This document shows positions 30,928-41,046 of a stretch of DNA of 64,000 nucleotides, piece after piece. Numbering within the stretch: the first letter of the stretch is position 1; each line of letters starts with the position of its first letter. Both the position numbers and the translations under genes were made by a program. Origin of the DNA: Candidatus Helarchaeota archaeon (lineage in GTDB: Archaea; Asgardarchaeota; Lokiarchaeia; Helarchaeales; RDOG01). The stretch is from the NCBI GenBank assembly GCA_019058315.1, contig JAHPZH010000002.1:576001-640000 (forward strand), read 5' to 3'. Below the pieces are notes generated by a model. The model was not told where the DNA came from. It did not search any database and was given only the letters and a program-made list of their open reading frames with translations.

Positions 30928-32328
30928 GTGAAAATATCTTTAGTTTTTCCAAATCGTAACATAGGTAGAAAAAAAAAACTTGACGCAGTTACTCCACCAT
31001 TAGGCTTGGCATATTTAGCTGCTATATTAGAAAAAAATAATTTTAAAATAAATATAATTGATTGTTATGCAGAAAATCTTGGATTTGATGATTTAAAAAA
31101 AATTATTAATGAAATAAAGCCTGATGTAGTTGGAATAACAACAAATGTTGATATTATCTATCATTCATTATTAACAGCTAAAATAATAAAAGAAATATTA
31201 CCAAACACAATAATTTTATTAGGGGGACCTCAGGCAACAAGCACTTATAAGTATCTATTAAAATACAATTTTATTGATTATATAGTTTTAGGAGAGGGTG
31301 AATATACTACTCTCGAATTACTACAAAAAATTAAAAATAATGAATCAGTCGAAACTGTAAAAGGAATAGCATTTAGGAAAAATAATAAGATTATTAGAAC
31401 TCAAGATAGAGGGTTCATTGAGAATTTAGATGAATTACCATTTCCAGCATGGCATTTTTTTCCAAATTTAAAAAAATATAAATATTTTACTTTAACTAAT
31501 AGGCCTTTGCCAATTTTAACAACACGTGGCTGTCCTTACAAATGTATTTACTGTACTAAATGTATTCATGGGTATAAAGTTAGATATAGAAGCCCTGAGA
31601 ATATAGTTGATGAAATTAAACACTGTATAAAGAAGTATAAGGTTAAAGAATTTGGGATTGCCGATGATCATTTTACATTTGATGCCAAAAGAACAATTAA
31701 ACTGTGCGATTTAATAATTAAATCCAAATTGAAGATAAAAATGACATTAAGTAATGGAATCCGTGTAGATACAATTTCAAAAAAATTGGTTAATAAATTA
31801 TATAGTGCTGGTTGTTGGTTCATTGCAATAGGAATCGAATCAGGAAATCAGCAGGTATTAAATAAAATTGGAAAAGAAATCAAACTTGAACAAATTACAA
31901 AAAGTATAAAGATTATAAAGCAAAAAAATATTATAGTTGCTGGGTATTTCATTATTGGCTTACCTTATGATAACCTAAAAACTATAAAGGATACAATAAA
32001 ATTTGCCAAAAATAGCGATTTGGATTTGGCTATTTTTAACTTAGGGATTCCTTTTCCGGGGACGAAAATGTTTAATTTAATAGAAAAATATGGTAGATTT
32101 ACATTTCCATCTAAAGTAAAGTTTCTTAGAGGAATGAACACTCAATACGAAGGACCTTACTTTGAAATTTGGAATCTAAAAAAGGAGGATGTAATTAAAA
32201 GTCATAAAAAAGCTTATAAAGAATTCTATTTCAGACCAGCTAAAATTATTTCATTGATGTCAAAGATACATTCAAGTAGACAAATTAAATATATTTTAAA
32301 TTATTTTAAAAACATGTTCTTGAGCTGA
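30928..32328 (+). CDS. Cobalamin-binding radical SAM protein
   Basis: PPLGLAYLAA, GGPQAT, GEGE, TRGCPYKCIYC and GIESG motifs. Confidence 0.93.
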   Translation: MKISLVFPNRNIGRKKKLDAVTPPLGLAYLAAILEKNNFKINIIDCYAENLGFDDLKKIINEIKPDVVGITTNVDIIYHSLLTAKIIKEILPNTIILLGGPQATSTYKYLLKYNFIDYIVLGEGEYTTLELLQKIKNNESVETVKGIAFRKNNKIIRTQDRGFIENLDELPFPAWHFFPNLKKYKYFTLTNRPLPILTTRGCPYKCIYCTKCIHGYKVRYRSPENIVDEIKHCIKKYKVKEFGIADDHFTFDAKRTIKLCDLIIKSKLKIKMTLSNGIRVDTISKKLVNKLYSAGCWFIAIGIESGNQQVLNKIGKEIKLEQITKSIKIIKQKNIIVAGYFIIGLPYDNLKTIKDTIKFAKNSDLDLAIFNLGIPFPGTKMFNLIEKYGRFTFPSKVKFLRGMNTQYEGPYFEIWNLKKEDVIKSHKKAYKEFYFRPAKIISLMSKIHSSRQIKYILNYFKNMFLS

Positions 32329-32403
32329 AATCCTTTTTGTTCCACAACTTTTAATTTATAATTAATTAATATAAATTTCTAATGATATTGAGGTAAATGA
32401 TTA

Positions 32404-34500
32404 ATGAAAGAAAAAATTAAAGAAAAATATTCAGATAACTTGATAATTTTTTCTATTATTTATTGTCTTACTTCAATTTTTATATTATTAATTTCAGATT
32501 TCTGGCCTTTAAGAATTATTTCAATATTCTTTTTCTTTTTTTTCTTGGGATATCCTATTTCTCTTTTTTTTAAGAATTTAAACATCTTTGAGAGAATTTC
32601 ATTAAGTCTCGGAATTTCCCATCTGATTTTGTTATTATCTTATTATATTCTTTATATGTCGGCTTATTCACTTAATGTAACTCCAACATTTGACTTTCAA
32701 GTTCTTTTAATTGGCATTTATTTTGTAAGTTCTAGTCTAATACTTTTATTCTATTTTAAACGTAAAAATTATCCAAATTCTTATATTTCACTCTCAAATA
32801 TCAAGGATTTTTTTTTGAAATACAAATTTCTACTATTTATATTAGTACTTGGTACATTTTTACGGTTCGCTTTTTTAAATTGCCCGGATTTTAGTACAGA
32901 TGAAACTTACTTCGTCGCCACTAGTTACCCTCTCGTAGACCCATTCCAAATAACAGGACTTCCTCCCCCACCTTTAACGTTTTTAAGCGGGCATCATCCC
33001 CCATTAACCTTTGTTGGGACCAATTTTATAATGAATATATTAAACCCTATTGATTGGTTAGCCATGTTAGACTGGATGGGGAAATTTTATTTTGCTTTCA
33101 TAGGTTCTATTTCAATTTTTTCGATTTTTTCTCTATTGAACAAAATTTATGGAAAGTATGCAGGATATGTAGGGGCATTATTCTATTCTCTAAATACATA
33201 TGCCATAGTTGTGAGCAGAGTTGGATACCAAGAAATATTGTTAATTTTATTTTTAATAATTACATTGGATTTTATGTATAGAGAAAATTGGAAATTAACT
33301 GGTTTTTTTTTGGGTATTAGTCTATTAACGAAATTTACTGCAGTTATCATTATTCCTACGATTATATTATATCTAATCATAAAAAATTTTAAATTTGATA
33401 AGAAACAAATTAAGAAACTTTTAATTAATTTTAGTCAAGTTGCAGTTTTTGCTATGGTTCTTTATTTACCTATTCTAATTTCTAATATTGCTATACATTA
33501 TCATTACGGCTATGCTGATACGTTTCTAAGTCGAATATTTGGATTAAAAGATCCCCTTAGCGAGGCTATAGGTGAAGCAGAATTACCTGTTGGTTTAATG
33601 CCTGCAGGATTGTTTGCCTATTCTTCTGTATTAAATTTACAAATTGTAAATGTTATTGGTATAATATTAATACCTTACATTATATTTTGTGTTATCCTGT
33701 CTTTTCTAGACAAAGGAAAAATTCTACTTTTCAATTTAATTAATTTTATTTTTCTAATCCTTTTATATTTGATTTTCACTAGTAGATGGTTTCAAATTAT
33801 TAGTTTAAGCCCCATTATTATCCCAATCATAATTATTAGTTGTAGAATCGTTAACTTAGATAAGGTATTTCATAAATTAAACAAATTCTTTAATATTTCT
33901 TATCCAATTTTTTCGGCAAGATTTAAACCTATAATTAAGAAAATTGAGAGAAGAACTACGAAGTTCAGATTTCCCACAGTATTTAGATATAAGAATTTAA
34001 AAAAGAATTATAGAAAACATAATGTAAAATATCAACATTTTGTAATTTGTTCAATTTTAATGTTTTTTTTCAGCTTTTCATTCATATATTCATGGAACAC
34101 TATTGCCTATCCTCACTTTTTCTTTTCTAATGATATAGATGACCTCAGAGAATCATTTAGAACTAATACTGAATATTCTACAATTGGTTATTTATGGATA
34201 ATGAGAAATGGGTATGATGAAGTTATGGAGATTATTAGAAACTTCAGATATTTTTTCATTTATGTTGATGATAACCATCCGAAGTTTAGTTATATTTATT
34301 ATTTTTATCAAAGAGGCATTACAAGTTTAGTTTCTGACTGGGATAACCGAACCAATTCATTATTTATTTTCTATAAACAACCTAACTATATGTGGGAATC
34401 TTTTACTTACTCTAATAAAGGTGATGCTAATGAACATTATATAAGAGAACATGGAACTTGCATATGGGAATCACTAAATTTTGAAATATATATAATTTGA
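32404..34500 (+). CDS. GT-C (ArnT/PMT-like) polyprenyl-phosphate-sugar-dependent glycosyltransferase
   Basis: Polytopic; LR...FSTDETYF (DE motif), HPPL and GISLLTKFT; extra N-terminal DUF1616-like helices (IFERISLSLGIS). Confidence 0.85.
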   Translation: MKEKIKEKYSDNLIIFSIIYCLTSIFILLISDFWPLRIISIFFFFFFLGYPISLFFKNLNIFERISLSLGISHLILLLSYYILYMSAYSLNVTPTFDFQVLLIGIYFVSSSLILLFYFKRKNYPNSYISLSNIKDFFLKYKFLLFILVLGTFLRFAFLNCPDFSTDETYFVATSYPLVDPFQITGLPPPPLTFLSGHHPPLTFVGTNFIMNILNPIDWLAMLDWMGKFYFAFIGSISIFSIFSLLNKIYGKYAGYVGALFYSLNTYAIVVSRVGYQEILLILFLIITLDFMYRENWKLTGFFLGISLLTKFTAVIIIPTIILYLIIKNFKFDKKQIKKLLINFSQVAVFAMVLYLPILISNIAIHYHYGYADTFLSRIFGLKDPLSEAIGEAELPVGLMPAGLFAYSSVLNLQIVNVIGIILIPYIIFCVILSFLDKGKILLFNLINFIFLILLYLIFTSRWFQIISLSPIIIPIIIISCRIVNLDKVFHKLNKFFNISYPIFSARFKPIIKKIERRTTKFRFPTVFRYKNLKKNYRKHNVKYQHFVICSILMFFFSFSFIYSWNTIAYPHFFFSNDIDDLRESFRTNTEYSTIGYLWIMRNGYDEVMEIIRNFRYFFIYVDDNHPKFSYIYYFYQRGITSLVSDWDNRTNSLFIFYKQPNYMWESFTYSNKGDANEHYIREHGTCIWESLNFEIYII

Positions 34501-35117
34501 AGATGGCATATATGAAAAAAAGACAGGTTTTAATTATCGCTTGGATTATTATAACAAGTCTTTATATTCCTATTCATAAAACCTCAGAAGTTACGACTTT
34601 ACTATATCCTTTATCATCATATTCCAAATCAGATAGTCAAGAAGATCTTAAATTAACAGTTTCAATAAATAGTCGAATTTTAAAATGGGATTCATTTTTG
34701 ACTCTAGATGTTTCATTAAAAAATACCACATCTAACAAACCAGTTCCAAATAGAGGGATTGAATTAAAGGCTTTTGTACGTTCAACAATCTATTTAAAAG
34801 TCAATATTTCAATTCGATATTTTCTTATTTACGAGCATATAACATTATCAAATGAAACTAGAAAAGTATATCAGTTTATTCCCCATGTGCCTACTTTATT
34901 TCCATATACTTTTGAAGCTACTTACAATAATTTCACAACAAATACAAAATTAAAAGTTTCTTTTCCATTTTTAATATTAAGTGATAGACAACCAATGCTC
35001 CCATTAATAACCTTTGAGATTTTCATAATATTATATATTCTAATATTAAGTCTTGCGTGTGCTATTTTATTGATAAATAGATATTATAATCAAAAAATCG
35101 AAAAAAAATCCAATTAA
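34497..35117 (+). CDS. Hypothetical membrane protein (N- and C-terminal TM, central beta domain)
   Basis: ORF overlaps the GT-C stop; hydrophobic termini. Confidence 0.65.
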   Translation: MKMAYMKKRQVLIIAWIIITSLYIPIHKTSEVTTLLYPLSSYSKSDSQEDLKLTVSINSRILKWDSFLTLDVSLKNTTSNKPVPNRGIELKAFVRSTIYLKVNISIRYFLIYEHITLSNETRKVYQFIPHVPTLFPYTFEATYNNFTTNTKLKVSFPFLILSDRQPMLPLITFEIFIILYILILSLACAILLINRYYNQKIEKKSN

Positions 35118-35286
35118 AAAGTATTAAATGTTATTTTCATATTACAATCTATTCTAATTCTAATCTAGAGGAGTCAAAAGTTTATTAATCATTTAAAATT
35201 GAATTTAAAAATTTTTATTATAAAAGTTTCATTATAAGAAATGAAGGTAAAATCTTTGAATTAATAAATACTGAAAGGAAAAACTA

Positions 35287-36690
35287 ATGAGTAAAATTCT
35301 TCTCATAAGGCCAAAATTTAAAAAATTCTTACAGCCAAATCCTCCTTTAGGTCTTGGATATTTAGCTTCTATGCTCGAAAGTAAGGGTCATAAAGTAATT
35401 TTACTTGATTGTCAAGTATTGAGAATAAATTATAATGACATACTGAATTTTATTAAAAGAATAAATCCTGACTTAATTGGAATGACTAGTTTATCTTCTC
35501 ATTATAATAATATGGTAAAACTTTCTAATTTAATTAAAAGTGATAATCAAGTTAAAGATATCCCATTAGTTTTAGGGGGTATACACGCTTCGGCTTTACC
35601 AGAGCTGAGTTTAAAGGAATGTAAAGCTGATTATGTAATTGTAGGTGAGGGAGAACTTACTCTTACTGAATTAGTGGAATATATCGAGAATAAAGTAGAC
35701 ATTTCTAAAATAAACGGTTTGGTCTATTGGGAAAATGGAAAAGTAAAAATGAATGAGGAGAGAAATTTAATAGAAAATCTCGATTCTATACCTTTTCCCG
35801 CATGGCATCTTATGCCACCTCAGAAATATCCCAAAGATCCTCATGGGCATGAGTATATAAGATTCCCCTATGCTCCTATAATGACTAGCCGCGGTTGTCC
35901 TTTTAATTGTACTTATTGTGCTTCTAAAAATCTTTGGAAACGAAAAATTAGGTTACGAAGTCCGAAAAATGTTGTAGATGAAATTGAATTTTTAATAAAA
36001 AATTATGGAATAAAAGAAATTCATATTTGGGATGATAATTTCACTCTAATAAAAGATCACGTAATAGGAGTTTGTGATGAAATAATCAAAAGAAAAATAA
36101 ATTTAACTATAAAATGTCCTAATGGAATAAGGATTGATTCATTAACGCCAAAAATTCTTTATAAGCTTCGAGAAGCTGGTGTTTATCAAATGGCACTGGC
36201 TGTTGAATCAGGCAATCAAAAAATATTAGATAAAGTCAAAAAACAATCTAATTTGAATAAAGTTCGTAAGATTCTAAAAATTATAAAGAAATTTGACATA
36301 ATTACAAGAGGGTTTTTTATGATCGGATTACCTGGGGAAACTATAGAGACCATCTATGATACAATTGAATTTGCTTTAAATAACAATTTTGATTATGCTA
36401 GTTTTTTTCTTGCACAGCCTCTTCCTGGCTCTGATATATTTTATGATTGGGCAAAAGATAAAATTATTTCAAAAGACCTACTTTATATGGAATATGCAAC
36501 AACTCCACTTTTATCAAATTTAAAACCCAAAGTGCTGAAAAAATTGCATAAGAGAGCATTTCAAAAATTTTTTATTCGAATTGATTTCATAAAAACAATT
36601 GTTAAATACCCGAAAGCGTTTTTTAGGTGGGCAAAGAATATTGCATTTCAATTAATGAGACGTTTAGTTGATAGAAGTAGAGGAGAATAG
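35287..36690 (+). CDS. Cobalamin-binding radical SAM protein
   Basis: PPLGLGYLAS, GGIHAS, GEGE, SRGCPFNCTYC and AVESG motifs. Confidence 0.93.
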   Translation: MSKILLIRPKFKKFLQPNPPLGLGYLASMLESKGHKVILLDCQVLRINYNDILNFIKRINPDLIGMTSLSSHYNNMVKLSNLIKSDNQVKDIPLVLGGIHASALPELSLKECKADYVIVGEGELTLTELVEYIENKVDISKINGLVYWENGKVKMNEERNLIENLDSIPFPAWHLMPPQKYPKDPHGHEYIRFPYAPIMTSRGCPFNCTYCASKNLWKRKIRLRSPKNVVDEIEFLIKNYGIKEIHIWDDNFTLIKDHVIGVCDEIIKRKINLTIKCPNGIRIDSLTPKILYKLREAGVYQMALAVESGNQKILDKVKKQSNLNKVRKILKIIKKFDIITRGFFMIGLPGETIETIYDTIEFALNNNFDYASFFLAQPLPGSDIFYDWAKDKIISKDLLYMEYATTPLLSNLKPKVLKKLHKRAFQKFFIRIDFIKTIVKYPKAFFRWAKNIAFQLMRRLVDRSRGE

Positions 36691-36693
36691 AAA

Positions 36694-38118
36694 TTGGATT
36701 TAACTTTAATTTTTCCACCAATTCAAAAAAGTGAGAGTTATAATCCATTTTATGAAACTCCTATGTTTCCTCCTCTAGGTCTAGCTATGATTGCAGCGAA
36801 GCTGGAGGAAGATGGGTTTAAAGTAAATATATATGATTGTGAAGTATCTCAAATTCATTTATCCCAATTAAAAAAAATTATAAATAAAGATAATCCAAAG
36901 GCAATTGGAATTACTGCTTCCACTTCTATTTATTTTCAGAGCAGAAAAGCTGCAAAATATTTAAAATATCACTTTCCGGATATCCCAATCATAATGGGTG
37001 GTCCTCATGTAACTATTTTTGCTTCTGAGACATTAAAACAAAATCCATTCGTAGATTATTTAGTTATTGGGGAAGGAGAAATTACTACTTCAGAGTTATT
37101 AGATTCAATAGAAAAAAATAAAACAATTTTTTCAGAAATTAAGGGTATTGGATACAGGGAGAATAGTCACATTAAAATTAATGAACAAAGACCATATATC
37201 AAAAATATCGATGAATTACCTCTTCCTGCACGGCATTTACTCCCGATGAAATTATATAAACCCAGTGAGAGGATAGTAAAAAGACCTCCAGCAAGTCATG
37301 CAATTTTCTCTAGAGGTTGCCCATTTCGATGTGGATTTTGTTCGAAAGCTATATGGGGAAAGACTATTCGAGAACGTAGCGCAGAAAAAGTTATTGAAGA
37401 AATTATCCATTTAAAGGAAAAATTTGGATTTCATGATATCATATTTGCTGATGACACTTTCACTATAAATAAAAAGAGAGTTATAAAAATTTGTAATTTA
37501 TTGATTAAAAATAAAATAGATATTGCTTGGAGTTGCTTGACTAGGGTCGACTGTGTTGATAAAGAGTTATTAATAAAGATGAAAGCTAGTGGATGTCATC
37601 AAATAGGATATGGTATTGAATCTGGTAATCAAGAAATACTTGATTTGATGAAGAAGGATATCACAATAGATCAAATCCGGAAGGCTTTTCAATTAACTAA
37701 TAGGGTTAAAATTGACACTCGTGCATATATCATGTTTGGTCTGCCTGGCGAATCCATCGCAATGGCACAAAATACCATTAAATTTCTAAAAGAACTTGAT
37801 CCTGACTATGCAAATATTTACATATATAGCCCTTATCCCGGAACCGAACTATTTGAGATTGCAAAGGAAAAAGGAGAAATAAAAAATTTTAATTGGACAG
37901 ATTTTGACAAATTTAATCCTATATACATTCCATTTGGAAGAAAAAGAGCTGAAATTCTTAAGACCTATAAACGAGCATTCTGGGAATTTTATTTTACTCC
38001 ACATTATATTAAAAAACGAATATCCAAAATTGACAATCTTTATGAGTTAAAGAAAAATTTCATTTTATTATTCAAATTACTTAAAGGTTTATTAGGAACT
38101 CCCGCATTAAAAAGTTAA
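36694..38118 (+). CDS. Cobalamin-binding radical SAM protein
   Basis: PPLGLAMIAA, GGPHVT, GEGE, SRGCPFRCGFC and GIESG motifs. Confidence 0.93.
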   Translation: MDLTLIFPPIQKSESYNPFYETPMFPPLGLAMIAAKLEEDGFKVNIYDCEVSQIHLSQLKKIINKDNPKAIGITASTSIYFQSRKAAKYLKYHFPDIPIIMGGPHVTIFASETLKQNPFVDYLVIGEGEITTSELLDSIEKNKTIFSEIKGIGYRENSHIKINEQRPYIKNIDELPLPARHLLPMKLYKPSERIVKRPPASHAIFSRGCPFRCGFCSKAIWGKTIRERSAEKVIEEIIHLKEKFGFHDIIFADDTFTINKKRVIKICNLLIKNKIDIAWSCLTRVDCVDKELLIKMKASGCHQIGYGIESGNQEILDLMKKDITIDQIRKAFQLTNRVKIDTRAYIMFGLPGESIAMAQNTIKFLKELDPDYANIYIYSPYPGTELFEIAKEKGEIKNFNWTDFDKFNPIYIPFGRKRAEILKTYKRAFWEFYFTPHYIKKRISKIDNLYELKKNFILLFKLLKGLLGTPALKS

Positions 38119-38777
38119 TAATTGATTTTCTTACTTAAAATTACGTTATACAAACCAAATCTCATTTTTTTCAAATCTGGAGCTCTAAAAATTCTTTTTA
38201 AGAATGTAGGAAGTCTATTTGGAGCAATAAAACCAGTTGAAAATGAATCAATAATTTGAAATTTATACATTAAAAGAAGATTCTTAAGATTTTTTAATGA
38301 AAGTCTAATTAGCCCTTGCTCATTTTTATTGAAAAGTGCAAAGATTGCCATTAATAAATTGTTTCTGTTGGGTTCTATTAAAATATAATATTTTTTAGTT
38401 ACACGACTTACTTCTTTTAACCCTCTACTTGGATTTTTGAGATGATGTAAAACATTGGCTGAAAAAATTAAGTCAAAAGAATTATCTCTAAATGGTAATT
38501 TTAGGACCGAACTTCGAATTAAATCTAAATTACTGTTTTTTCTACATAAATTTAGCATAATTGAACTTAAATCAATTCCAACTATATTTGAAATTATATT
38601 TTTCAATTGAATTGTGAAAGAACCATTTCCACAACCTATTTCTAATCCATTTTGAATAGAATTTAAATCTAATTTTTTTCTAATTAAAAAAAGTTTTGAA
38701 AATACAAAATTGTAGACACATGGATGATTGGGTGCCCTTCGACTTAATAATTCAAATCTTTCCCAATAATCATTCAA
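38115..38777 (-). CDS. Class I SAM-dependent methyltransferase (Methyltransf_11)
   Basis: LEIGCGNG, GIDLS, LPFRDNSFD and VLHH motifs. Confidence 0.9.
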   Translation of the reverse strand: MNDYWERFELLSRRAPNHPCVYNFVFSKLFLIRKKLDLNSIQNGLEIGCGNGSFTIQLKNIISNIVGIDLSSIMLNLCRKNSNLDLIRSSVLKLPFRDNSFDLIFSANVLHHLKNPSRGLKEVSRVTKKYYILIEPNRNNLLMAIFALFNKNEQGLIRLSLKNLKNLLLMYKFQIIDSFSTGFIAPNRLPTFLKRIFRAPDLKKMRFGLYNVILSKKINY

Positions 38778-38791
38778 TTATAGTCCCTAAT

Positions 38792-40216
38792 TTAAATTTT
38801 TAACAAAATCATAAAATTATTTAAATTTGTTATTAATTCTTTGAATGATTTTATCGATTTTATGCTTTTTAATATATATTTTAATCTCAAATAGAATCTA
38901 AGATATGAATTTTTTATTAATTTTTGTAAAATATTCCTAGTAATTTCTTTATTTTCATAAATTGGATTGGGTTGATGATCTAAATGTCCTAATGTAAATT
39001 CTTTCCAAACATCAGTTTTCAAAATACCACTATTTAGTGCTTCTTGGTACATTTTCGTACCCGGGAATAAAGTTGTTATATAAAATCCTACATAGTCCGG
39101 TTCTAAATTTTTAGCAAATTGGATTGTTCTATTTATGGAATTTAAATTTTCTTTAGGTGAACCCAACATAAAGTAAGCTAATGTCTTTATACTTACTTTT
39201 TTTGTCCAATTCATTGCATTTTTAATTTGATTTATAGTGATTTCTTTTCCCAAGCAATTTAATATGTTTTGATCACCAGATTCTATTCCATAATGTATTC
39301 TCTGACAACCTGCCAATTTCATGATTTTTAATAAATTTGGAGTTACTAAATCTACTCTTGTCCTGCAGCTCCAATAAAATTTTAATTTATTTTTAATAAT
39401 TTGCTTACATATTTCATATATTCTTTTTTGATTAACTGTAAATGTGTCATCATAAAAAAAAATTTCACGAATTTTGTATTTATCAATTAAAAATTCTATT
39501 TCTTCAATAACATTTTCAGGACTTCTCATCCTATACTCTTTTCCAAAATGAATTCCTGTAGATCTTAAACAAAAATTACAATTGAATGGACAGCCTCTGC
39601 TTGTAATCATAGTAAAAAAAGGTTTATTTTTAGAAAAAGCATCAAAATATTTATTAATAGGTAAAAAATGAACCGCTGGAAACGGTATATCATCTAAATT
39701 TTTTATGAAAGGACGTAATTCATTTAATATAATATTATTATTTTCTTTATAAACAATACCTTGGATATTTTTCAAATCTGAATTTTGTTCTAGTGCTTGA
39801 AGAGTTTCCAAGGTAGTAATTTCTCCCTCTCCTATTACTCCTATATCAAAACAATCATTTTTTAAAACTTCTTGTGGATAAATACTAATATGAGGTCCTC
39901 CAACTATAATTTTAACATCTGGAAGAATTTTTTTTACTAATTCTGCGAGTCTTCTAGCTTGAAGAAAAGTAAATGAAGTACAAGTAATTCCAACTGTATC
40001 TGGTTTTTGACGTTTTAAAATATCTTTCATTTCTTTATCGGAAAATTGAAATACATCTTGATCTATTATATATGCCTTAAAACCATTCTTTTCTAAAACA
40101 CTAGCTATATAAGCTAATCCTAATGGAGGAAATTTCCCTCTAGATCTTTCAATAATTTTGGGTAAGGGTGAATAAATTTCTTTTTGAAAAATGGGATTAA
40201 TTAAAGTTATTTTTAA
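38792..40216 (-). CDS. Cobalamin-binding radical SAM protein (474 aa if started at non-canonical TTA 40216; possibly a nonsense-inactivated allele)
   Basis: The frame stays open 62 codons upstream of the track start (40030) and encodes LKITLINP...FPPLGLAYIASVL. SRGCPFNCNFC present. No ATG/GTG/TTG between the in-frame TAA at 40222-40220 and 40030. Confidence 0.85.
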   Translation of the reverse strand, partial: LKITLINPIFQKEIYSPLPKIIERSRGKFPPLGLAYIASVLEKNGFKAYIIDQDVFQFSDKEMKDILKRQKPDTVGITCTSFTFLQARRLAELVKKILPDVKIIVGGPHISIYPQEVLKNDCFDIGVIGEGEITTLETLQALEQNSDLKNIQGIVYKENNNIILNELRPFIKNLDDIPFPAVHFLPINKYFDAFSKNKPFFTMITSRGCPFNCNFCLRSTGIHFGKEYRMRSPENVIEEIEFLIDKYKIREIFFYDDTFTVNQKRIYEICKQIIKNKLKFYWSCRTRVDLVTPNLLKIMKLAGCQRIHYGIESGDQNILNCLGKEITINQIKNAMNWTKKVSIKTLAYFMLGSPKENLNSINRTIQFAKNLEPDYVGFYITTLFPGTKMYQEALNSGILKTDVWKEFTLGHLDHQPNPIYENKEITRNILQKLIKNSYLRFYLRLKYILKSIKSIKSFKELITNLNNFMILLKI

Positions 40217-40294
40217 CTTTTAGACCTCCATTTGAAGATGTTATTTTTTTAAGTCATTTTTTGCCATAAACAAATCTAAAAATTCTGTCAAATT

Positions 40295-40978
40295 TTAATA
40301 AATATTTTTATTTAATAAACATAAAATTAACATTTTTAGAATTTTTAGTCCGACATTAACAGTACTCAATTTAGATGTTCCTTTTCTTCTACTTGGCATA
40401 AAAGGAATTTCCAATATCCTCAAATTATTTTTATTAGCTAAAAGAGTCATTGTTGTAGTAAATGAAAAACTATTGGTCCATTTTTTGTAATTTAGGGATA
40501 AAAAACTGCTCTTTTTAAAAACTCTAATTCCAGAATTGAGATCTTTAATTTTTTTATTCAATATTAAGGAAGCTAATAATGAAAGAAATCGATTTCCAAA
40601 GGTCCTTACTAAAGGCGTATTTCCGGTCCGTACTCCGATGATTAAATCATGATTCTTAATCTTTTTAAATAGTTCATATAGAACTACAGGCGGATATGTT
40701 CCATCTGCATCAATTATTCCGATTATTTCTGCTTTTGCATTCTTTAATCCAGTTTTTAAGGCTGCTCCATATCCTAATTTATGATTATGCTTAATAATTC
40801 GAAAATTCATATTCTTAACAATATTTGGAGTATTATCTGTAGATCCATCATCAATAACTAGAATTTCTGCAAGTTGGTTTTCTAAATAGTCATGAAATAT
40901 ATTCTTTATGTCTAATAATACCTTTCTAATGGAATATTCTTCGTTATAAGCAGGAATAATAATTGAAAAATCATACAT
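40295..40978 (-). CDS. GT2 polyprenol-phosphate glycosyltransferase (DPM1-like)
   Basis: IIPAYNEE, DDGSTD, GYGAAL, IDADGTY, DLNSGIR and RKGTSK motifs. Confidence 0.9.
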   Translation of the reverse strand: MYDFSIIIPAYNEEYSIRKVLLDIKNIFHDYLENQLAEILVIDDGSTDNTPNIVKNMNFRIIKHNHKLGYGAALKTGLKNAKAEIIGIIDADGTYPPVVLYELFKKIKNHDLIIGVRTGNTPLVRTFGNRFLSLLASLILNKKIKDLNSGIRVFKKSSFLSLNYKKWTNSFSFTTTMTLLANKNNLRILEIPFMPSRRKGTSKLSTVNVGLKILKMLILCLLNKNIY

Positions 40979-41046
40979 CTTTGTTCTTTCATAATAATAT
41001 TATAATTTTAATTTATTATTGCTTAAGTTTCTTAAAAAGATAATAT

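Noticed and set aside
30928-40216. Assigning the radical SAM genes as GDGT ring synthases (grsA/B), bchE or hpnP
   Set aside because: The shared motifs are family-wide; specific orthology needs a phylogeny I cannot run.
40241-40297. In-frame 17-codon continuation after the GT2 TAA, suggesting stop-codon readthrough or recoding
   Set aside because: The GT2 domain is already complete, a run this short is common by chance, and TAA terminates most genes here.
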